Below are positions 55,700 through 64,000 of a stretch of DNA of 64,000 bases, piece by piece. The stretch comes from the human T2T-CHM13v2.0 reference genome, Homo sapiens. A program made the translations under genes and the position numbers. Under the pieces are notes generated by a model that searched no databases, was not told where the DNA came from, and saw nothing but the letters and a program-made list of their open reading frames with translations. The stretch is taken from assembly GCF_009914755.1 (NCBI RefSeq), contig NC_060927.1. One strand, given 5' to 3'. The stretch's first letter is position 1. Each line of letters opens with the position of its first letter.

Positions 55700-56088
55700 T
55701 ACTATTGTTTGAATACCCCTTCCCCTCCAAAACTCATGTCGAAATTTAATTGTCGTTGTGATGATGTTAAAAGGTGCAAGCTTTAAGAGGTGATTAGGTC
55801 ATGGCATCACCACCCTCATGAATGGATTAAAGTCATTATCATGAGAGTGAGCTAGTTATTACGGAAGTGGGTTAGTTATACAAAGAATAAGTCCTACCCT
55901 GATTTTCACATTGTCTTTCGTGCTCCCTTGCCTTCCACCATGAGAAAACACACAAAAGGGCCATTGTCAGATGCAGCCCCTCAATTTCAGACTTCCCAGC
56001 TTCCAGGACTGTGAGCCAGATCACTTTTCTTTAAAAGTTTCCCAGCTTGTGGTATTCTGTTTATAGCAGCAGCAAATGGACTAAAATG
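55700..56088 (+). mobile_element. MSTC/MSTD-like solo LTR inserted in a MIR
   Basis: ccctccaaaactcatgtcgaaatttaatt...gcagcagcaaatggactaa. Confidence 0.8.
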
Positions 56089-56567
56089 GTGGCTATATTA
56101 CTGTATAAAAAGTGTTTTTAAAGAATGTGCTACTTGTAAGATGGCAATATCCTTATTTGTGGGAAAAGGAAACACAATTATTTTTTCCTCTATTTAAATT
56201 AATCAATACATAATTTTCATCTTAAAATTTTGCTCCATGCACATTGTGATTGTTTCCACATCTTAGAACCAAAAGAAACAGTCACCATTGTAGATTGCCT
56301 CCTATATGAGAAGTCTGAGATCTAGAGAGTTTCCCAAGTCCAAGTCACTGGCAAATTGTGACAATAAATGATGTTTTAGCATGACTTACATGTGTTTACT
56401 ATGTTTAATTTAAAACCTATTTATATTACATAGAATTAAATTTCCATAGAAAGAATAAATTCTCTGGTTTTGAAACTTTATTTAAAGACCTCAAGTAGTG
56501 CTTCTCACGTAGTGGGCAGTCAGTAGCTATTTGTGAAATATTTATAGAATGAATAATGTCAGTAGAC

Positions 56568-56738
56568 TTTCTTCTTTTTTTTACTTTGCTTTTAAGTTCA
56601 GGGATGTAAGTGCAGGTTTGTTATATAGGTAAACTTTTGTCATGGGGGCTTGTTATACAGATTATTTCATCACTCAGCTATTAAGCCTAGTACCTATTAA
56701 TTATTTTTCCTGATCCTCTCCTCCTCCTGCTCTCCACC
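56568..56738 (-). mobile_element. Short L1PA(13-16) 3' end
   Basis: aagttcagggatgtaagtgcaggtttgttatataggtaaac; possible TSD cagtaga. Confidence 0.85.
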
Positions 56739-56979
56739 CAGTAGAGATTAGAACAGTTTGAATTGTTCCCTGGCGAAAATTAAGTAAAAAATAAGATTTT
56801 CAAGTAAAGGAAACTGTTCATTTATATATATTGAACAGCATCTGTGTGGCCTTATGTCCATGTTTGGTTAATCAACTTAAAGAGTACCCTTGCAAGAGGG
56901 ACACTAAGAACCATAATCTCCTCCGATGGGCTTTTCTGGTCTCTTCACATCAACAACCCTGTATTAACCTGTGGATCCT

Positions 56980-57905
56980 AAAACAGGCAAGTTTCCTGCC
57001 CTACACTTATGATTTCCTCCACCTAGAATCTATTCCTTCAGATGCCTGCATGGGTTGCTTCGTCAGGGATGCAGTTTTCTGCTCAATTATCTCCCTTCCA
57101 GAGAGGCCCCTACACCTCCTAAGATGCAATAATCCAGTCCCTTTCTTTGCTTAATGTTTCTCAACAACCCTTGGCAATTTTTGACATTGTTACCAAAAAG
57201 GGGTTCCATTCTAGACCCCAAGAGAGTGTTCTTTGACCTCACGTAAGAAAGAATTCACGGAGAATCTGTAAAGTGACAACAAGTTTATTAGGAAAGTAAA
57301 GGAATAAATAATGTCTACTTCACAGACAGAGCAGCCCTGAGGGCTGCTGGTTACCCATTTTTATGGTTATTTCTTGATGATATCCTAGAGAAGGGGTGGA
57401 TTATTTATGCCTCCCCTTTTTAGACCATATAGGGTAACTTCCTGATGTTGCCATGGCATTTGTAAACTGTCATGGTGCTTGCGGGAGTGTATCTGTGAAG
57501 ATGACCAGAGGTCACTCTCGTTGCCATCTTGGTTTTGGTGGGTTTTAGCTGGCTTCTTTATTGCACCCTGTTTTATCAGTAAGGTCTTTATGACCTGTAT
57601 CTTGTGCTGACCTCCTATTGCATCCTGTGACTTAGCATGCCTTAGCCATCTCAGAATCTAGCCCAGTAGGTCTCAGCCTCATTTTACCCAGCCCCTATTC
57701 AAGATGGAGTTGCTCTGGTTCAAACACCTCTGACAATTTGACACACTTATTCGTTTGTCTATTTATTGTCTGTCTCCCCTACTGGAATTAAATCTTATAA
57801 AGACATAGACTTTATTGCTATTTCTCTTACTGACTGCTATATGGCTCAGCATGTAGAACAGTTTGTAGCACAAAGGAGTGCTCTTTACCATTTGTTAAAA
57901 GACAA
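56980..57905 (+). mobile_element. L2a 3' part (host of MER41A)
   Basis: tttattgtctgtctcccctactggaat motif. Confidence 0.55.
57188..57735 (-). mobile_element. MER41A solo LTR
   Basis: Reverse complement begins TGTCAGAGGTGTTTGAACCAGAGCAACTCCATCTTG; 548 bp; TG...CA termini. Confidence 0.9.
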
Positions 57906-58799
57906 AATGCATTACATGAGGAAGGAGCTGGAAGGGGTTGGGCAGCAAGGCAAATCAACTTTTCTGACAAAAACCTGCAATTAATTTTTATCTACAGAAT
58001 CTCTTCTGTTTGAACAAAAGTGATGATACTCTGGTTATTCAGAATTACTACAGAGAATTTACATCTTACCCTTCAACAGAGAGGACTTACCTTGGCATCC
58101 ATATAAAATAGAAGCTCTATCCTCTATACAGGAATTTCATTGTTTTATTTGCATCATTCAGAAAACAATCAAGTGCCAAATAGACCATTTTGAATAAAAT
58201 AAACTAAATCAAATAAAAATTAAATGCAAATATCAATATATTGTTAAATTTAAAATACTGTTAAAACTTAAAAGGATGAAAATCGTTTAAAATTAGCATG
58301 AAAATTAAGCAAAAACAGCTAAACTGAATTGTTAAATAGGATCATTAAGACGACAAAGTACCACTTAGGCTATTTTCTAACCAAACAACAATTTGTTAAT
58401 ACAAGCAGATCGGCTGCAAATTAATTCCTTATAATGTAAAATGCGCACTGGTTTCATTTTCTTCACTGATACAAACATCTACCCTCTAAATGCTAGTGTA
58501 AAAGAAAATAGGGTAAAGAGAAATGCATTTTTGTTGTGTGAATCCTTGGTTGAGACTTACTATTACAAATAATGATGCTTTTCCTTTTGTTGTTTTGTAA
58601 AATCAAGTGGATCTTATCATAGAGAGAGAAAACACATCCAGGGTCACACAGTTTGCTCCTTTGCATTACTGTGGGTTTGACCTTGTCCTTGCAGCCATAA
58701 ATAGTAATATGTATTTCATCTAATCTACTCTTGAGTATTACTAGTGATAGCACCTTAGTGACCTTTTCTCAGCAAATTATTCCAAAACCTAATCAACCC

Positions 58800-59125
58800 T
58801 ACATTTGGAAATACTTTTCTAATGTCTAACCTAATGGTCTAGTTTCAGGCTGTTATACCTCATTATACTACCTTTAACAACATTAGCAAATTCTTCTTCC
58901 TGTTGGGTGTTATCACCTCCCAAGTATCTATGCTCTATCATGGCCACTTGTACAGCCTATTCTCTAAACAGAATTGGGTAAATAAATAATGTTCCCTTAA
59001 CCTCACTGAAAAGACCATGCTCTGCAAATCCCCTATTATCCTTATTACTACAATCTAGATTCTAGCCTTCTAAAGAACTAGAATGACTTTATATTTTAAA
59101 ATGCCCAAGTAGTGATATAGTGTTT
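58800..59125 (-). mobile_element. L3/CR1 fragment
   Basis: ttttctaatgtctaacctaa and downstream collinear CR1-like motifs. Confidence 0.5.
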
Positions 59126-59210
59126 CCTTTTTTGCATTGTGCAAAGCTACACCCTAGGTTTAGTCATCTCAAAATGAAAATGAATCTACTAGTATGATCT
59201 TATTAATGGT

Positions 59211-59692
59211 GGGTGACCAAAATGACCTTAACATTTCCCTTAGTTTGACTAATTAACAGATTTCTTCATGACTATAGACCCCGATCTCCCTTTTCTTAGA
59301 GCACTAGCTTTAGAAAACCTTGCAATTACAATTTATTTCTTGGCCCCTTTGAGTTGTAAATCTTCAACCTAGCAGTACTTTCACAAGGACCTGGGAGGCA
59401 TCCCTTTGGAAGTGTAATCAGGAGAGAGAGTGCCCCCATTTTTCAGAGTTTATTAGGGGTCAGGAATCCAACTTCAATAAGTGCCAATTAGAAAACATAG
59501 ATGGCCTAATTGCATTGACTAGTCTCCCCTCAACATTCTCCTGTATTTTTTCACTAGTAGACTCCAATGCTTAAAAAATCTCCTACCTTTTGTTTTAGTG
59601 AGGTTAAGTTCAATCTCTGTACCCTATTGCAATAGTCTTGAATAAAGTCTTCCTTGCCAGTTTAACTGGTCTGGTGCAAGTTTTGTTTCACA
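59211..59692 (+). mobile_element. ERV1 solo LTR (MER67/MER31-like)
   Basis: ccttttcttagagcac...cccctttgagttgtaaatc...ttgaataaagtcttccttgcc. Confidence 0.7.
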
Positions 59693-59889
59693 TACAAAAA
59701 ATAGAGATAGCCTTAGCCTCTATAAAACACTAAGTCATTGGTTTAAACAAAAGAGGCTATTTCAGCACAAGTAATGTTACATATAAACAGGTATGTCAAC
59801 TTTGTGAGACTTTATTGAGCCATACATTTACATTTGTGCACTTTTCTTTATGTATGTTAAGCTTCAATCAACAAGCTTACATAAAAATA

Positions 59890-60105
59890 TAGCTTGAATG
59901 CTAGCTCTGTCATTTACAATGTTAGGACATTCGGGCTGGTTACTTAAGTTCTCTGAACCTCAGTTTCTTTATAGATTAAATGAAGAGAATAATATATACC
60001 TCACTGGGTGGCTTTGAGGTTTAAATCAATCAAATGTCACAAAGTTTCTTCTGGTAAAGTATCCAGCCTCTAGCAGTCAGTAAGTGATAGCTGTTATTGC
60101 TACTC
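59890..60105 (+). mobile_element. MIR
   Basis: ttacttaagttctctgaacctcagtttc core. Confidence 0.75.
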
Positions 60106-60189
60106 ACTGTTAGTTTTTAAACAATCTTTTGTAGTAAACAGTGGAAAATCACTGAAATGAATTTGCCTCTTATTTTAGCAGCCCTCCAA

Positions 60190-61709
60190 TGGATCAAGAT
60201 TAAAAAACAGAAACAATTAGTGAACTTGAAGACAGGCTATTTGAAAACACACAGTCAAAGGAAGCACACACACAAAAAGAATAGAAAAGAATGCTGCACA
60301 CCTACAAGACCTAGAAAACAGCCTCAAAAGGGCAAACCTGTTATTGGCCTTAAAGGGGAGATAAAGAGAGATTGGGGTAAAATGTTTAATCAAAGGGATA
60401 ACAGAGAACTTCCCAAACTTTGAGAAAGATATCAATATTCAAGTACAGGAAGGATATAGAACACTAAGCAGATTTAACCCAAAGAAGACTACATCAAGGC
60501 ATGTAATAAAAAGAAAGAATCCTAAAAGCAGCAAGAGAAAAGAAACAAATAACATGCAATGGATCTTCAATATGTCTGGCAGTAGACCTTTCAGTGGAAA
60601 CTTTACAGAACCGGGAGAGCATGGCATAACACAGTTAAAGTGCTGAAAGAAAAACCTTTTACTCTAGAATAGTAGAACTGATAAAACAAACAAGCAAGCA
60701 AACAAAAAAGAGCAGGAGTAGCTATACTAATGATAGAGAAAATACATTTCAAGACAAAAATATAAAATGAGGTAAAGAAGGTCACTATATAATGATAAAG
60801 AGGTCAATTTAGCTAGAGGATATAATAGTTATACATATATATGCACCCAACACTGGAACACCCAGATATATCAAGCAAATATTATTTGAGCTAAAAGGAA
60901 TGATAGACCTCAATACAATAATAGCTGAAGACTTCAACAACCTACTTTCAGCATTGGGCATATCATCCAGACAGAAAATCAACAAAGAAATGTCAGACTT
61001 AATCTGTACTATAGACCAAATGAACCTAATACATAGTTACAGAACATTTCATCCAATAGCTACAGAACACACATTCTCCTCAGAACTTGGATTATTCTCA
61101 AGGATAGACCATATGTTAGGCCACAAAACAAGTCTTGAAACACTCAAAAACACTGATATCATATCAAGTATATTCTTTTACTACAGTGGAATAAAACTAG
61201 AAATAAATAATAAAAGGAATTTTAGAAACTATAAAAACACATGGAAAATAAACAACGCGCTCCTGTATGAACAGTAAGTAAATAAAGAAATTAAGAAGAA
61301 AATTGAAAAATTTCTTGAAACAAATGAAAATGAAAACACAACATACTGAAATCTACGGGATACAGCAAAAGCACTACTAAGAGGAAAGCACTACTTATAG
61401 CTGTAAGTGCCTTTACCAAAAAGTAGTAAAACTACAAATGAACAACCTAAAGATGCATCTTAAAAAATAAGAAAAGCAAGAGTAAGATAAAAACCAACTC
61501 TCCAAAGTTAGTAGAAGGAAAGAAATAATAAAGAACAGAGCAGAAATAAGTGAAATTGAAATGAAGAAAATATAAAAGATCAATGAAACAATAAGTTGGT
61601 CTTTTGAAAAGATAAGCAAAACTGACAAACCTTTAGCCAGACTAATGAAGAAAAAAGAAAAGAGAAGACTTAAATAAATAAAATCAGAAATGAAAAAGCA
61701 GACATTACA
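60190..61709 (+). mobile_element. Internally deleted L1 (L1MA/L1PB-like): ORF1 and ORF2 endonuclease remnants
   Basis: ORF 60900-61277 gives L1 EN motifs (IIAEDFN, SSRQKINKE, FSRIDHMLGHK); ORF1-like ENFPN/IQVQE upstream; many stops. Confidence 0.9.
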
Positions 61710-62067
61710 TGTTTCACAGCCAGGCGAGAGAGGAATCACTAATAGTAGGATGAAAAATTGCATTAACAAAGATGATCAAATACTGTCATACCTCCCATTT
61801 GTTTCCATAAAAGCCCATTTATTTTTCCCTTATTAAGCTTATTTGTTCTTCCCATAGAAGCCTTTTCTACTTTTCTCCCTTTTTCTTATTAAGTTGGGAT
61901 AGAAATCCCTATTTCTAGCTATTCAGGGAGTCACTTCTTTTGTACACTACCACAGGCATATGAGTAAACTTTGTCTTTTCTCCTATTAATCTGTCCACTG
62001 TTAGTTCATTCACAGGTCCCCAACCACTCTAGCCTTAGATGGTAAAGGGAAAGTTTTTCTCTCAACA
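61710..62067 (+). mobile_element. MER34-like LTR 3' portion
   Basis: gtcttttctcctattaatctgtc...gggaaagtttttctctcaaca. Confidence 0.55.
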
Positions 62068-63169
62068 GTAGTGAAAACAAATCAAATGCCACTATAAAGA
62101 AAGCAGTTTCAAAATGAAATACAGAAGCTAGTTGGGCATAGGAAACAAGACTATAAAATATGTGAAGGCCTTCAAGAGATATGCTGGCAGGAGAGCCCTA
62201 CTTAATAGAAAATATGAAAGAAATTAGAAGAGGGAGGAAGAGAGAGAGAGAGAATATCATTGGAAAAGAAAAAGAATAAAAGAGCTTTGCTTTATAAACT
62301 CTGGCTTATATATCTTGTAGTACATGGATAGAGAATGAACTCTATCCTGTTCCCCAAAGAGTTAAAACTAAGATATTCTAACTTACTGGCATTTTAAAGG
62401 CCACAGATTAACTTTATTCTTCACCACCTTTCCTACCCCTCTTTAGCTGTTGTTCCTAGAGTGAACACCCACACTGCCCATTTATCCACACTGCAACTCA
62501 CAATTCTCCTTTAGGTTGTCCAACTCACTTTCTATGCCTCCCTGACTGGCAGTCCTTCTATGGTACACATATTACTAATACCAACAGAAAGCATTACTTT
62601 TACAAAATGCCCAAGTATAACTGATTACACTTGGTTTGTTTCCATTAAAAAAAAGACAAGGCAATTGACTTTCACTTTTCTTCTAACTACATTCTTGCAT
62701 AAATAAAGCTTTTCTTGGTAGCCCTCAGTATGAAGCGGAGCATGGTGCGTATTTTCTATGGTTAGTAAACTCTTTGTTTCAATTGCTTCCAAGGCAAATA
62801 CATTTGGCTTCAACATCTGCAAAGTTAAGCAATTAATACAAGTGTCAGATAAATGACATCAAAATCAAGCCTCAGTTGAATACAAATGGACAAATACACA
62901 GAGTACATTTGATATTTAATAGAATGAATCTCAAAGATCACAAAATGATGAGTTCCGTTATTAGCAGTGATTAACTCTGACACTGCAATTAACTTTTGTT
63001 TCACATGTATGTCATGGAAACATCTTTATATATGAGTATTTTTACAGTTGTGTTAGGTATTAATATCGTAGTTTTTATCTCTTACTCTCTTTCTCTTCCT
63101 CCTCCTTCTATTTTTCTTCCTCCTCTCCTCCCTCTCTTGCTCTGTGAATTTCATCAAAAAGTTCTTACT

Positions 63170-63430
63170 TCTAATTTGCAGGGCCCAACACAAAATGAAA
63201 ATGAGGGGTCCCTTGTTCAAAAAGCAGGAAAAATACACCATTGCATATGTTTAAATATAAAGATTTTTCCCTTTAAAATATCTATACTAATTTAAAAGGA
63301 TAATGATGATATATGAATACCACCATAAACTAAAAATTGCAAAAAACCTCACACTTTACTTCATAATAGAGCATTGTTTCTATTAGTATAAATATAAATG
63401 CTTATCAAATACAATGACCTTAAGTAGAAG
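63170..63430. mobile_element. MER45-family (hAT-Tip100) fragment
   Basis: taatttgcagggccc...caaaatgaaaatgaggggtcccttgttcaaaaa. Confidence 0.6.
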
Positions 63431-64000
63431 AGATCATGGGAAAATGACACCCCAACACAGAGAAGACAGACACAGACTGCTCTGGCACACAAGGAATAGT
63501 GCAGCAGGGACTCTACCCATGCATCCTTCCTTCCATCCCTTTCCCCTAGTCCACAGAACTAGGGCTAAGGGCTCACTGCAATGCCATCCAGGAGGACTGG
63601 CTCTCTTAATGGCAGAAGAGAGGGCTGAGTCCCTGTAACTCTCTTGGGGATGACGACCAGACTGCCCAATTTAGGCTACTCTCTCCCTTCATGAGCCTAT
63701 AGCATTCTGCTTGCAAACTTGGACCTCAGGTCTATATTCTCTGTAAGAGGGGACAGAGGAGGGTAAGGTAAATGCCAGGAGGGTGGGAAGAAGGAAATTT
63801 GCCTTGGTGCAACCCAGGAAGCCATCTCTTCTGCTGTAGGCAGCTAGGCAGTACTCAGGTAGCAGAGAGAGAGAGATGGCATGAAGAGTTTCTGTGTGAC
63901 AATAGGAGAGCTCATGGTTTTTGGCCCACACGCTGCAGTAACTGAATTTCTCAGGCTCAGCTAGAGGGTATGGGGGTCTGTGGAAGGGGTATATTTTCAG

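Noticed and set aside
57179-57744. Apparent 9-bp duplication around MER41A (ttttgacat / atttgacac)
   Set aside because: Longer than the expected ~4-bp TSD, imperfect, and explicable by the host L2 sequence.

Overview
AT-rich, CpG-depleted primate (very probably human) non-coding DNA, intergenic or deep intronic. I see no credible protein-coding gene, RNA gene or CpG island. A large part of the window is layered transposable-element debris: a decayed ERV1 provirus 3' half (integrase, env, LTR; MER57-like), a full THE1 LTR-int-LTR element with intact TSD, solo LTRs (MER4A with nested MER4E, MER41A, MER21, MER34, LTR33, LTR16, LTR37, LTR47, MLT1/2, MST), about a dozen Alu/FLAM copies, L1, L2, L3 and MIR fragments, DNA transposons (MER5A, Tigger3a, MER45) and microsatellites. 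Subfamily names come from recalled consensus sequences and need Dfam/RepeatMasker confirmation. I cannot support a novel biological system here. The most unusual items are mechanistic scars: (1) a 134-bp near-identical local copy of THE1-internal sequence inserted about 1.56 kb downstream of its source, (2) an Alu with its left arm inverted as in twin priming, and (3) an ultra-short, young-looking Alu inserted at the same endonuclease site as an older Alu.
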